In this document: positions 12,183 through 26,186 of the stretch, piece after piece
Numbering within the stretch: position 1 is the first letter of the stretch
How the letters are laid out: each line of letters begins with the position of its first letter
Origin: Octopus sinensis
Taxonomy: Eukaryota
Length of the DNA: 64,000 nucleotides
Assembly (NCBI RefSeq): GCF_006345805.1
Contig: NC_043006.1
Location: 38,006,001 to 38,070,000, forward strand
Direction: 5' to 3'
Notes under the pieces: generated by a model
What the model was told of the DNA's origin: nothing
The model's input: only the letters and a program-made list of their open reading frames with translations
Database searches by the model: none
Position numbers and translations under genes: made by a program

Positions 12183-12220
12183 CAGTTGAAAAGGTCTCAA
12201 AATGACCGAAACCGGTACTG
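12183..12220 (+). ncRNA. Minimal hammerhead, U3-A8 variant (all stems intact)
   Basis: CAG-TTGAAAA-GGTC[TCAAAAT]GACC-GAAA-CCGG-TA-CTG; predicted GUA cleavage after 12217. Confidence 0.78.
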
Positions 12221-12281
12221 AAATGTTCACTATAAAATTATTTTAGCATTTTCTATTTTTGACTTGTTTTTTCATATATAC

Positions 12282-12312
<31 letters not shown>

Positions 12313-12869
12313 CATATGTATATATATATACACACCCACACACACACACATATATATATACATACATATATATATATATATATAATATATATATATATAC
12401 ATGCACACACACATATATATACACACACATATATATATACACACATATATATATATATACATATTGATAGAGAGAGAGAGAGAAAGAGATAGAGACAGAC
12501 AGATAGATGAATACATAGATAGATAGATGGATTCATATATAGATACATCAATATATATATATATAAAGAGAAAGAGACAGATAGACAGACAGAGAGATGC
12601 ACGCAGAAGGGGGAACGAGTGTGAGTGGGAGGAGGCAGGGAAAGAGAAAATCAGAGAAGAGTGGGTTGGTGGTCGAAGAATGAGACGCTTATATGGAAAG
12701 TGGTACCACTAGGTCAATCAATACAAAAATCTATAGCGGAGTGGGTAGGGGTTTTGGGGATAGGGGAGGGGTGAAACAGTTGTTCATTTGAATCCAACCT
12801 TATTCGTAATAACAAAGTTCAGAATCCTCAGGTAGAATCATCGATCATGAGAACTGGCAAAGTTGTTAT

Positions 12870-13515
12870 AGCATCGCACAAAACGCATCATGGCATTTGT
12901 TTCAGCTCTTAATATTATGAGTTCAAACCCTACCAAGGTCAACTTTGCCTTTCATTAATTTAATGAAATAAAGTAGCAATCAAATACTGGGGCTGATACT
13001 ATTGATCATTCTCCTCCAGTAAAATTGCTGGCCTTGTGCCGGTCTTAGATACTGCTTTTATTATTTATTTAGAGGCTTAAGGTGGCGAGCTGGCGGAATC
13101 ATTAGCATGCCGGATGAAATGCTTAGCGATATTTCATCTACCACAACGTTTTGAGTTCAAATTTCACTGAGGTTGACTTTACATTTCATTCTTTCGGGGT
13201 TGATAAATTAAGTACCAGTGAAAACACTTGGGTCGATGTAATCAACTAGACCCCTGCCCCAAAATTTGAGGCCTTGTGCCTCCAGTAGAAAAAATTATTT
13301 ATTTAGAAGCTTAAAGCAGTGAGCTGGCAGAATCATTAACACGCTATGCGAAATGCTTAGCAGTATTTCATCTGCCACTATGTTCTGAGTTCAAATTCCA
13401 CCAAGGTTGACTTTGCCGTTCATCCCTTTGGGAGTCGATGAAATAAGTACCAGTTATGCACTGGGGTCCCTTTCCCCCAAATTTGAGGCCTTGTGCTTCC
13501 AGTAGAAAGGATTAT
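12870..13515 (+). mobile_element. Cluster of three SINE B copies
   Basis: Heads at 13079 and 13313 plus a degenerate upstream copy; ATTATTTATTTAGARGCT at 13060, 13294 and 13511. Confidence 0.85.
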
Positions 13516-13671
13516 TTATTTAGAAGCTCACTTTGCAACCCTGTAGCTTCGGATTCAGTCCCATTGTGCAGTATTATGGGCAAGTGTCTTCAACTATAGC
13601 CTGAAGATTACAATGCCTTGTGAGTAAATTTAGTCGATAGGAACTGTGCAGAATCCCATGTATATTTACAT

Positions 13672-13722
<51 letters not shown>

Positions 13723-14726
13723 CATCATTATCATCAGTTAACATCCATTTTCCATACTGGTCCCCGTAACTTAGCGGTTCAGCAAAAGAGACCAATAAAA
13801 TAAGTACTAGGCTTACAAAGAATAAGTCCTGTGGTCGATTTGTTCGACTAAAGGCGGTACTCCAGCATGGCTGCAGTCAAATGACTGAAACAAGTAAAAG
13901 AGTAAAAGAGTAAAGAGTATAGAACATAGTAGAAATTAATCTGAACAACAGGTACCCAAACTTATTCTCAGTCTAACACCCCAGCTCAACACTGCACCAC
14001 CTCATACATCTTGTGCTACTCCTGAGATAAATCTAAATTAATATTACTTAACTCCAGGTCAGCCTTTATCAAGCAGTTTATCTTTCTGACAGCTGTGTGC
14101 ATTCAGGATCACATTGTATAATATGCTCTTCACTTTGGAAGACAATACAGTGTAAAAAGTGATAGATTTGGCTCCAGTTTCTAGTAAGATAAATATCTAC
14201 AGAGAGGCTATCTTGTTGGCATCTGAAGTTGTTTAACCTTGCATTAATCAAGAAGACCTACGATCTTGATCATACAGACTTATAGATCAAAAGTAATCCA
14301 GTCGAAATCCTTACATCTTTTTGGAATATAATTTTCAAGATATAACTTATCAATTTTTTTTATTTTTTGCTTTTAAAATGGCAGATTTGATGAAATTGTT
14401 GCTATTTATATAAATGCTTGAGGTATAACATAGGGGATCCTTAATCAATGTGAAGTATCAAGTTTTTATGGGGAACAACATTAATCATTTAAATCAGCCA
14501 GAATTCCAGCACTAATGATTTTTATTTACCACATCCCAAATGCCTATTCCGTTCAAGTATTGTTCTGATATCTGCCTTCTGCTCTGTTGTTCACTGCTGC
14601 CACTGTGATCTTGCTTGGAGATCACGCGGGGGGGGGGGGCATGAAACTTGAGTTGCGTGCTAAACATTTAGTTTAGATAAAGTCAAACTGTGATAACCGA
14701 TCCGATCCGTGTCAGCATGGAGAGCA

Positions 14727-15062
14727 GATGATGATGATAATGATGATGGTGATGATGATAATAATAGTGATGATGACAGTGATGATGATGATGATGGTGG
14801 TGGTGGTGATGATGTTAATGATAGTGATGATGACAATCATAATGATCATGATGATGGAGGTGATGATCATGATGATAGTGATGATGATGGTACTGATGAT
14901 AATAACAGTGATGATGACAGCCATGATGATGATGGTGGTGGTGGTGGTGGTGGTGGTGGCGATGGTGGTAAAGATAGTGATGATGACAATCATAATAATC
15001 ATGATGATGATGGTGATGATCACAATGATAATGACGTTAATGATGATGATGATGATGATAAT
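14727..15062. repeat. (GAT)/(GGT) degenerate microsatellite, likely an expanded RTE-type tail
   Basis: Follows GTCAGCATGGAGAGCA, which resembles the GCATGGAAAGCGGAC..GATGAT tail of family C. Confidence 0.8.
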
Positions 15063-15216
15063 GTGTTGAGATGGAAGAGAAATTTCAATAATTATTTTTT
15101 TTTTTGCACAGTATTCAACACATCATCTTTGATTTATTTATGTATCCATCTTCATGCCATTGGTCCATGTAAGTTATTTCCCTTGGCTCATTTTACTTTA
15201 ATTTTCCATAAGGTTT

Positions 15217-15620
15217 ATTCTTTTACTTGTTTCAGTCATTTGACTGTGGCCATGCTGGAGCACTGCCTTTAGTCGACCAAATCGACACTAGGACCTATTC
15301 TTTGTAAGTCTGGTACTTATTCTATTGGTCTCTTTTGATGAACTGCTAAATTACAGGGACGTAAACACACCAACATCAGTTGTCAAGCAGTGTTGGGGGG
15401 GACAAAAACACACACACAAACACATACACACACATACATGTATATATACATACGACAGGCTTCTTTCAGTTTCCATCTACCAAATCCACTCACAAGACTT
15501 TGGTCAGCACAAGGCTATAGTAGAAGATACTTGCCCAACGTGCCATGCAGTGGGACTGAACCCGGAACCATGTGGTTGGTAAGCAAGCTACCTACCACAC
15601 AGCCACTCCTACACCTATGT
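15217..15620 (-). mobile_element. SINE family A, full length
   Basis: Reverse complement of the family A head, core and tail. Confidence 0.9.
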
Positions 15621-16326
15621 ATATATAATTTACAAATATAATTTATATAAGATGGTTCTTTTTGAGTTGAAGGTGAACGATATATTTGTCTGGTTTGTTG
15701 TTTTCGAAACATGTTGAGAAATTTACAATTTTCGCACATAATTTTGCTTCCCGGCTCTTTTATTATATCACCTGCCAGCATTAATGGTTAGCATCACTGC
15801 AGGTGGTGGTAGTGGAGATTATGTAACTGTTGTTTAGTAGAGGTGGTGGTAGTGCTGGTGGTGGTAATGGTTGTAGTAACATTTATGTCAGGATGACACA
15901 GTGGTCATAATGCTTATGTGTCATGTTGGTGATGGTGGAAGTAGTGGAGTTTATGTCAGTGTGTTGTGGTGGTGCTGCTGCCGAAGTTTGTCAGTATGTG
16001 TTATGGTAGTGGTGGTGGAGATAAAATTTGTCAAGATGTAGTTGTAGTGACGTTTATGTCCAGTATGGTGGTGGTGGTGGTGATGGAGGTAAAGGGGGGG
16101 GGGGGTAGCGAGTTCATTTTATTTGCCTGGTTTATAGTTTTTTTCTTGTCACTCCTAATTTCTGTCAGACCTAATTAGACAGACCCTATGATCAAGGACA
16201 TTCTGACCATGGCCATTTCATCATCCCATTTTTGACTCTCTCAATATCACTCTCTCTCTCTTTCTCTCCATCTCATGCTCTTGTTCCTTTTTCTCTTTCC
16301 CTCTCTCTGTCTCACTCTGTTTTTCA

Positions 16327-16367
<41 letters not shown>

Positions 16368-16593
16368 ATGAATCACACACACTCTCTCACTCTGTGTCTC
16401 ACTGTCTCTCTCTCTTTTCTCTCCCCTTATTTCACTCACTCTCTCAATCTCACTCCCCCTCTCTCTGAATCTCTTCTGCCCCCCCTCTCTCTCTCTCAAT
16501 TGTACCAGTAATACAAAGAGCTGGCCTTGTGACGTTGTCTCACACACAACCACCTCCATGCTAATTTCACAAACCAAGATTCCACTCGGTTAA

Positions 16594-16919
16594 CCCTTTA
16601 ACATTCAAATTATTCTGTCAAATGTACTGCTTATTTATTCACATTGTTTCAAATTAATCATGCATTATCCTGTACCTTCAAGATTTCAATAACATGGTTA
16701 CTCATATTTAGAATAGCATTATCCGATAGATGTAAGAGACCAGATTTGGCTGGTTATAGATGCAGGCGTGACTGTGTGGTAAGAAGCTTACTTCCCAGGC
16801 ACATAGTTCTGGGTTCAGTCCCATTGCATGGCACTTTGTACAAGTGTCTTCTACTATAGCCTCAGGCTAACCAAAGCCTTGTGAGTGGATTTGATAGACA
16901 AAAACTGAAAGAAGCCTGT

Positions 16920-16960
<41 letters not shown>

Positions 16961-17562
16961 TAACATATTTGTATATATGTCTCTCAGGTTAAGGTACACT
17001 CTCGGAGTGGTTGGCGTTTGGAAGGGCATCCAGCTGTAGAAACTCTGCCAAATTAAGATTGGAGCCTGGTACAGCCATCTGGTTCGCCAGCCTGCAGTCA
17101 AAATCGTCCAACCCATGTTAGCATAGAAAGCGGACGTTAAACGATGATGATGATGATGATGTCTGCGTGTGTGTGTGTATGTTTGTGTGTCTGTGCTTGC
17201 CCCCCACCATTGCTTGACAACCGATGGTGTGTTTACGTCACTGTAAATTAGCAGTTCATCAAAAGAGACCGATAGAATAAGTACTAGGCTTACAAAGAAT
17301 AAGTCCTGGGGTCAATTTGTTCGACTACAGGTGGTGCTCCAGTATGGCCACAGTCAGATGACTGAAACAAATAAAAGAATTACATTGTAGGATAGGTGTG
17401 AGTAGCCAGATCTGGTCAGTTTGAATATAAAACAGGTAGAATATTTCGGCTTATTTTTCAGAATGCCATTGTAGTGTACATGTGAAAGGTCTGATCTAGC
17501 CACATTGCACATAAAACAGGAAGATTATTTGGGTGGGATGTAGCCAGTTTAAATGTTGAAGG
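16594..17562 (+). mobile_element. piggyBac-like MITE family 1 containing SINE A (16758-17380), which contains SINE C (16996-17160)
   Basis: TTAA-CCCTTTA start; body shared with copies at 23050, 23701 and 47443. Confidence 0.7.
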
Positions 17563-17614
17563 AACAGAACTGAAAACCCATTGGTGAGATTAACAAATAA
17601 TGCACTATCTAGGG

Positions 17615-17881
17615 CAGCGTTTCTCAACAGGAGTTCCCCGGAACCCTTGGGTTCTGCAAAAGGTTTCTCGGGGTTCCGCAAGAAAGAGTGAGATAAGCTA
17701 ATGGTAATTTCATGGTTGTAATATTACTATCCATGCAAAACATATTATTGGTTATTGTAATATTGTAATTCAGACATCATCCTATCTAACCTATTATGCT
17801 ATCAAAAATATATAACCATTGGGAATTCATTTACTGATGTCTGTAATTTATGGATACCATGCATGCATGCATGTATGTATG

Positions 17882-17915
<34 letters not shown>

Positions 17916-18252
17916 TGTATGTATGTATGTATGTATGTATGTATGTATGTATGCATGCATATATGTTTGAAATGAGGAGTAGATATACAGCCAACAACTG
18001 ATGAAGGGTTGTTCTTTGTGTTGCTTGTCCTGTTTTCCATTAGTTTCTCTCGTCATTTGCGTATTGAACTCATTTGTTTTCATATTTCATGTTGTTTACT
18101 GTTGGTGACATCCTGGACCTATATATGCATGTGTATGTGTGTATACATATATATATATATATGTACACACATATTATACTAATTATACCACTAATACATC
18201 TGTTTGTTGTCTACACCACCTGTCTTCGTCTTTTGTGTTTTTGTGAATTCTC

Positions 18253-18301
<49 letters not shown>

Positions 18302-18460
18302 TATATATATATGTATATATATGATATTTACTATGTGAACTATGCTACAATGAACAAAGTATGAGAAAAATATTGTATATATTTTTTTTGTGCAGGGGTT
18401 CCTTGAGATATGTAATTTATTTTAAGGGTTACACAAGGGTAAAAAGGTAAAAAAACACTG
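17615..18460. mobile_element. hAT (Charlie-like) non-autonomous element with internal insertions
   Basis: CAGCGTTTCTCAAC...GGTTCCCCGGAACC left end; AAAAAGGTAAAAAAACACTG right end; degenerate TSD. Confidence 0.7.
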
Positions 18461-19561
18461 ACCGAAGGTAACATTATCTGATGTCTCCATTAAGGCAGTG
18501 AACTGCCAGAATTGTTAGCACAGTGGGCAAAATGCTTAGTAGCATTTCGCCTGTCTTCATGTTCTGAGTTCAAATTCAACTTTGCCTTTCATCCTTTTGG
18601 GGTTGACAAATTATGTACCAGTTGGGTAATGGGGTCGATGTAACCTACTTACTCCCCACCCCCTGAATTTTCTGGCCTTGTGTCAAAATTTGAAATCATT
18701 ATCTTATGTGTCCTTATTTTTTCATTTCAAGCTAGTAAGGTGTAATAAGAGGGAAATTTAGCTGCTATTTCTACCGCATAAAGGCTTTCTTGTTGGCCGG
18801 TATTGTTATTGTAGATATTAGTGGTAGAGTTAGCGATGAGATGGAGATGTAAGTGTAGGTAGTTGGAGAGAGGTAGTTGGAGAGAGGTAAGTTAATGTAT
18901 GTGGTTTGAAGTGTTTATTGAGTGGGAGAGAAAGACGTAGGAGACAGAACGGAGATTGAGTTGTCTATCTAGGTGCAAAATAATAATAATAATAATAATA
19001 ATTAACTGAAGCAAAGAAACAAAAAGAAGAAAGAAAACACAGAGAAAGAGAGAGAGAGTTATGAAAAGAAAAGTAACAACAAAAATGAGTAATAAATGAG
19101 AGAGAGAGAGAGAGAGAGAAGACAAAGATGAATAATGAATGAAAGAGTGATAGAGATAGAGAGATAATGAAGAGTGAGAGAGACAAAGCGTTATAATGAA
19201 TGAGAGAAAAAGAAGCAAAAATTAAAGAAAGAATAAATGAGAAAAAGAAGAAAAAAGAATAATGAGAGAGAGAATGAATGATATACAAGCTAGAAACAAT
19301 GAAGAATAATGAAAGAGAGAGAGAGAGGGGGGGCAAAGGTTGTAATGAATGAGAGAAAAAGAAGCAAAAATATATAGAAAAAGAGGAAATGGGAGAGAAA
19401 AAGAAGTGAAAGAAGACAAAGAATGGTAATGAATGAATGAGAGAGAGAGAATGGTAATGAATGAAAGAAAAAGACATAGAAGCAAACAAAATAATTGGAT
19501 GACAGAGTGAGAAAGAAAAGTGAAGCAAAGAAAACAAATAGAATGAAATTGAATGAAAGTG

Positions 19562-19700
19562 GAAGAAGAAGAAGAAGAAGAAGAAGAAGAAGAAGAAGAA
19601 GAAGAAGAAGAAGAAGAAGAAGAAGAAGAAGAATGAGAAGAAGAAGAAGAAGAGAAGAAGAAGAAGAGAAGAAGAAGAAGAAGAAGAAGGTGAAGAAGAA
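19562..19700. repeat. (GAA)n microsatellite in a long purine-rich tract
   Basis: Direct reading. Confidence 0.95.
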
Positions 19701-21009
19701 ATCAAATGGGAATGAATGAATGAAATGGAGAGATTAAAAACTAAAGGAAAGACTACGTAGCTTGATTAATCAAAGATTGGCACAGAAATAATCAAATTAG
19801 AGAAAGCAAAATAGAAAATAAGGCAGGAAGCAGAAGATAGCTAATAGATAAAAATGGTGGAGGTAAAAATAACCTAACTTGATAAAGGAGAAAAACTTAA
19901 TAATAATGTTTCCTTCATGTAGTTATTTTTATTAAGGAAAAATTCTGGATTAGGAAAAGTCAGTGGAGTAAAAGGCGAAATGCATTGCTGACATTTAGTT
20001 GCATTACCTTTGGCTTTGAGTTCAAACCTCACTGAGGTACGCCTTCTATTTTAGGTTGATAGAATAAAGGAATAAAGTAATGGTAAAGTACTGAAGCTGA
20101 TTTATTCAGCCGTTTCCTTTCCTTCCAGTAAATTCTTGGTCTTATATTTATCATCATCATTGTTTTAATGTCCACTTTTACATGCTTGCATGGGTGGGAC
20201 AGAATTCTTGAGGTGGATTTTTTAAAATTTTTTATAGCTGGATGCCTGATTCCAAGTGTTGTAATATGAGTTTCCTTTAGTTTTTGACAACTAAATCTAC
20301 AGACAAGGCTTTGGTTGGCTCATATCCATAGTAAAAGACACTTGCCCAAGGTACCATGCAGTGGGACTGAACCTGGAACAATGTAGTTGGGAAGCAAGCT
20401 TCTTACCACACATCCCTACTAGCACACACACACACACACACGAGCTGGCAGAATCATTAGCACACTAGGCAAAATGCTTGGCTGTATTTCATCTGTCTTC
20501 ATGTTCCAAATTCAAATTCCACTGAGGTCGACTTTGCCTTTCATCCTTTCAGGGTCAATAAATTAAGTACCAGTGAAGTACTGGGATTGATATAATTGAC
20601 TTAACCCCTCTCCAGAACTTGCTGGCCTCGTGCCAAAATTTGAAATCATTAGAGACCTGTTCACTGGCACGTGTGTGTGTGTGTTATAAGCCAGTAAAAG
20701 CAGCAAGTGTATGCATGTTCAATGACTTGTATATAGCTTCTCTCTTCTTCTTTACAACATTATTTTCCACACAATCTTCCACACGTTACTGCTGCCATCA
20801 GAATGGTGTGAGGGAAGATCTCTCTGCTTTGAGATAATGACTCTTAGAAGACTTCATTTCAGCTTTCATCTGACATGAAATCTGGAGTGAACGACACAAA
20901 AGTAGACTTTTGAGTCTTTACATACAAGCATTTATATGCACACACACACACACGCATGCACTCATACCTGTCTATCTATCTATCTATCTCACAATCTATC
21001 TATCTTTCC

Positions 21010-21046
<37 letters not shown>

Positions 21047-21420
21047 CACATACACACATGTGCACTCTTACTCATATATGTATATATATATAATATATAT
21101 CATCTGCTGTTTCCTTCTTAACCCATCAAATTGTGTATTTTTACCACATAGTTGTGTATCTCATTGACAGTGTGGCAAACAAAATCCAAAGAGTGACAGA
21201 GAAAGGTGAGAGAGAAAGAAAGAAGGGAAGAAAGAAAGAAAAAGAAAGGAAGAAAGAAAGGTGACACACAGAAAATGTTTTGCGTGCATGTGTATGAAAG
21301 ACGGTATTTACCAAAGAATTATTCACAAATATTGTGTCAAAGTCTGAAAGAAGAGAAACAGACAGATATGGAGACAAACAGCAGAGAATAGGAGAGAAGA
21401 AACAGTAAGATAGGGACACT

Positions 21421-21457
<37 letters not shown>

Positions 21458-21756
21458 GGAATGAGAGAGAAGGAGAGGTGGAGGAGAGAGAGTTGTAATA
21501 GGATTGTATGATAAAGAGGAAAATCTGGGCCAAGATTTAGGTTCTGCATATTCTCGACATTGTCTGGATCTTTACTGATTATCACATACAAATAGATACA
21601 CATACACGTACAGACACATGTAGTTCAACTGTTTTATACACACACACACACACGAACACATGCACACATCTATGTGTGTGTATGTGTGTTCACCATATTA
21701 TTTATTGATTGCATACATGCATGCAAGCACACACACCATGTACATCATATGTGTAA

Positions 21757-21812
<56 letters not shown>

Positions 21813-21849
21813 GATACACACAATTACATATATATATACATATATACTA

Positions 21850-21884
<35 letters not shown>

Positions 21885-23049
21885 AATACACATATTTACA
21901 TATATACAAACATATACATACACACACATATACATACATGTTTATATACATGTATATACATCTGTATATATATATATATATAATATATATATATTATATA
22001 TATATATACATACATACATACATATATTTATATGTATATATATATATATATATATACAACACGCACATATATATATGTATAAATATTATAGTGTGTGTGT
22101 GTGTATACACATATACGCACACACACACATAAGTATACACACCAACTCATATTTATGTATGTATGTGTGCGTGTATATTTATGTCTGGAACCTCTGTCAC
22201 AGAGTTTCCCCAAACCATTTACGGATTACATTTACATGTCTCTGAAAAATAAACACACACACACATGCACACGCACGCACGCACAGAGACAAACATGCAT
22301 GCACACACACATGCAGACACACATGCATACACATTCATTCTATACATATAACGAAGTCTTTACTAATTGCGTATACACATAGATACGCATAATGCCAAAA
22401 ATACACTTGTTTACAAAAGAATGCCAATGTGAGTGTTTACAAGTGCATGTGTGTGTGCGTGTGGGTGTGTGTCCCCTTTGAATGAGTGCACATTAAGTCA
22501 ATATAATTTGTCTATGCATGCTCAGATAAATGCATGATTGGAAACTCTATGGAACGGTTTGATGTTAAGTCGTTCATACATTCTAATGGCTTGTCATCAA
22601 TTAAGTGGAGAGTAGGTAAACTAAATATTAATTTTAAGTGGAAGCAGCGAGGAGAAATAGGCCAGGCTTTCGGCAACATGTGTGTGTGTGTGTGTGCATG
22701 CATGTATTCAAATATGGATGCAAAAAACATGTTAATAGCTGCCATTGGGTTGAATATGACTTTGTTACTGAAGTTCTTGTTGAGCTCTCAGATCAGTGCT
22801 GATTGAACAGAACTGATGAAAAGTATTCCAGCTTAACCATTGTTTTGTTTTTTTTTTGGGGGGGAGACACAATCTATCTAGAACTAACATTATCCAGTGT
22901 GTCCCACTGTCTTTTTTTTTTTTTGCTCTTATGAAGGATGCAATGCCCATCTCTGATCATCTGTGACATTCATTCTTTTTTCTACCCAATACCAACCACT
23001 TCTGCTCCTCTCTCTCTATTCTTTCTCTCATATTGATCTTGCACCTTAA

Positions 23050-23395
23050 CTCTTTAGCATTCAGGTTTCTTTATCAAATATAATGCTTATTTATTCGTGG
23101 ATAACATCAGTGGTGTGGAGAGGGGAGGCCGGCATGCATAGGTGACTGCTGGTCTTCCATTAACAACTCTGCCTGCACTTGTACCTTGGAGGTTTACTCC
23201 CAAGGTGCAATCCCATGGTCATTCATGACCAAAGGGGCTCTTTACCTGTTCTATCTTGTAGCTTCAAGATTGCAAAGATGTGCTTATATATTTTTTGAAT
23301 GACATTGTAGGATAAGTGTGAAAGGTTGGATCAGGTCAGTTTTAACATAAAACAAATTATTTTGCTCAGAAATGGCCTGATTAAATGCTAAAGGG
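23050..23395 (+). mobile_element. piggyBac-like MITE family 1 with a SINE D 3' fragment inserted (~23098-23245)
   Basis: TTAA-CTCTTTAGCATT ... AATGCTAAAGGG TIRs. Confidence 0.75.
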
Positions 23396-23700
23396 TGAAA
23401 GGCTTGCCCTCCCCAACACTCCATCTCTTTCCAGCAGGAGAAGCTATGCAGTCACCTCTTCAGCAAGCCAGCTGTCCCTGTCTCCACGTCATACTTTCAC
23501 ATTCTTCAATACTACACTCAATTTAGTTGAAGGGTCCTGTCTTACAAGTACTTTATGATCTCCCTAGAGTTGGTCCCACAAAAATAAAAGCATTATAAAT
23601 TGGTTGGCATTAAGAATGACATCCAGCTGAAGAAACCATGCCCTAGTAGACATTGGCACTCCATGCAGCCCTCTGCCAGTATGGTGAAAAGGAACATCAA

Positions 23701-23900
23701 CCCTTTAGCATTCAAATTACTGTCAAATGTATTGCTTATTTATCCATATTGTTTTCTAATTAATCATGTGCTATCTCATAGCTTCAAGATTTCAATGATG
23801 TGATTATTTTTTAAATGACACTGTTAGATAGACTTTAGAAGCCAGATCTGTCTGGTTTAAACATCAGACAGGCTGCATATGGCTGGTTTAAATTCTAGTA
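23701..23900 (+). mobile_element. piggyBac-like MITE family 1
   Basis: CCCTTTAGCATTCAAATTACTGTCAAATG start; right end interrupted by a hAT element. Confidence 0.7.
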
Positions 23901-24342
23901 CAGTGGATCTCAACCACGGTCCACATGACTTTTGCGGGTCTACATAAGGCTGTCATTAAAATTCATGTGCAATAAATTGGTTATATTTCTACAAAACAAA
24001 ATATTCTAACACAGGAATGGCTGTGTGGTAAGTAGCTTGCTTACCAACCACATGGTTCCGGGTTCAGTCCTGCTGTGTGACACCTTCGGCAAGCATCTTC
24101 TACTATAGCCTCGGGCCGACCAAAGCCTTATGAGTGGATTTTATAGACGGAAACTGAAAGGAGCCTGTTGTACATCATCATCATCATCATCATTTAACGT
24201 CTGTTTTCCATGCTAGCATGGATTGGACGGTTTGACCAGGGGTCTGGGAAGCCAGGAGGCTGCACCAGGCTCCAGTCTGATCTAGCAGTGTTTCTACAGC
24301 TGGATGCCCTTCCTAACACCAGCCATTCCGTGAGTGTAGTAC

Positions 24343-24379
<37 letters not shown>

Positions 24380-24708
24380 GTTGTCCCCCCACCATCACTT
24401 AATAACCGATGTTAGTGTATTTACGTCCCTGTAACTTAGCGGTTTGGCAAAAGCGACCGATAGGATAAGTACTAGGCTTACAAAGAATAAGACCTGGGGT
24501 CAATGTGTTCAACTAAAGGCGGCGCTCCTGTATGTCCACAGTCAAATGATTGAAACAAATAAAAGAATTAAAGAATTCCTAATAACACTTAATTATGAAA
24601 TTATGAAAATACAAGAGGACTTTTTAAACATCGAATGGCTGGGAGGGTCCACCTAAGCAGAATAGAAATGAAAGGGGTCTATAGCTAAAAAATGGTTGAG
24701 AATGATTG
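23901..24708. mobile_element. hAT MITE containing SINE A (24010-24575), which contains SINE C (24173-24340)
   Basis: TIR CAGTGGATCTCAACC / GGTTGAGAATGATTG. Confidence 0.7.
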
Positions 24709-25483
24709 AGCTACATGGTATGATAATGATGATAATGATGATGATGATGCTTTACAGTAATTTAATTAAAATTTGTCTTCTACATCTCATAGGTGTAGCT
24801 TATCTAAGTCAGAGTAAAGGATTTCTCATTAGCTTGCCATATATTTCTATTGTTCAGGTTTAATATAATGCATGATAAGATGTGGGGTCATGGAGTCATT
24901 CTGCTGTCAACCAATTGACCATTGGCTATCTATATCCTACTGCTGTCAACCAACTGACCATTGGCTATTCAAATCCTGCTGCTGTTTTAACCTCAGGTTG
25001 GCCTTGATTGAACAAATGTAAGATCATAGGCACAGGCATGGCTGTGTAGTAAGAAGCTTGCTTCCCAACCACATCGTTCCAGGTTCAGTCCCACTGTGTG
25101 GCACCTTGGGCAAGTGTCTTCTGCTATAGCCTCAGGCCGTCCAAAGCCTTGTGAGTGAATTTAGTAGATGGAAACTGAAAGAAGCCCATCATATGTATAT
25201 ATCTGTGTGTGTGAGTGTGTGTGTGTGTCTTTGTGTCTGTGTTGTCCCCCCTCTACTGCTTGACAACTGGTTTTGGTGCATTTACATGGATTAAAAAGTA
25301 AGTCGTGGGGTCCATTTGTTTGACTGAAACCCTCCAAGGAACATAGACAGGTGAGGATGTGGCTGTAGTAAGAAGCTTGCATCCCAACCACATGATTCTG
25401 GGTTCAGTCCCACAGAATGGATTTGGTAGGTAGAAACTGAAAGAAGCCAGTCATATATGTATGTATGTATGTATGCATACATG

Positions 25484-25525
<42 letters not shown>

Positions 25526-26174
25526 GTCATTATATAACTGTTCAATAATTGGTAGATTGATGCAGATTTCTACTGCATCACTTGCTACACCTCTGTGTTG
25601 CTGGGAGGTGGGGTGCATCATTGTGTGTTCTCTGCTGTTGGAAATGTCCGAACTCTTCTTGGTACTGTATTGTGTTAGCTGTTTTTCCCCTTGAGGTGTG
25701 GTGCTGCTTTTTGTTGTGTTACAGCTTGTATTGTGTGTTGAGTGTGTAATGCTATGGTTTCCTAGCTTGCTGGTGGTAGTTTATTTTATTGAGTATTTGC
25801 TATTTTGAGTGTGTCTTGTATTTGTGGGTTGTTTTGTTTAGGTTGTATAATTAGATTGATAGTGCCTTGCACAGGATGTGGGCTGTTCCTAACAGGGCTA
25901 TTTTTTGGACAGTGTATAGTGTTGAGGATTCAGGTATAGCTTCTACATTTTTGTTCGTATGATTTTGTATCATGCCCAATGCTCCAATTATTTTTGGTAT
26001 TGTTTTTACCTTCATGCCTCACATTTTGAATACTTCATTTTTGGGGTCTTTGTACTTCGACAATTTCTCCATTTCTTTTTTGACAATATTTTGATCAGAA
26101 AGGACTCCAATGTCTATCAGTGAGCAGGTGGTTTTTCCCCAATCCATGACTGTTATGTCTGGGAGATTAGCTTT
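25526..26174 (-). mobile_element. R4/Dong-clade LINE 3' fragment (restriction-like endonuclease + 3'UTR)
   Basis: 25851-26174 in one frame: ANLPDITVMD..TCSLIDI...EKLSKYKD...M*GMKVKTIPKIIGALG...QKIALLGTAHILCKALSI*. PD..D RLE motif; (TAA)n on both flanks. Confidence 0.85.
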
Positions 26175-26186
26175 ATTATTATTATT

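Larger units (their letters stand above)
11075..12278 (-). mobile_element. 5'-truncated Penelope-like element with inverted pLTR copy
   Basis: 11085-11338 is the reverse complement of ~12011-12278. GIY-YIG C-terminal fragment inside; hammerhead in each arm. Confidence 0.8.

Noticed and set aside
11492-15272. Acidic poly-D/E ORFs (11492-11776, 14709-15272; also 41147-41389)
   Set aside because: Trinucleotide microsatellites open in several frames; the first lies inside a PLE 3' region.
17992-18010. ACAACTGATGAAGGG hammerhead half-site
   Set aside because: No downstream stem II closure, GAAA or stem I partner found in this copy.
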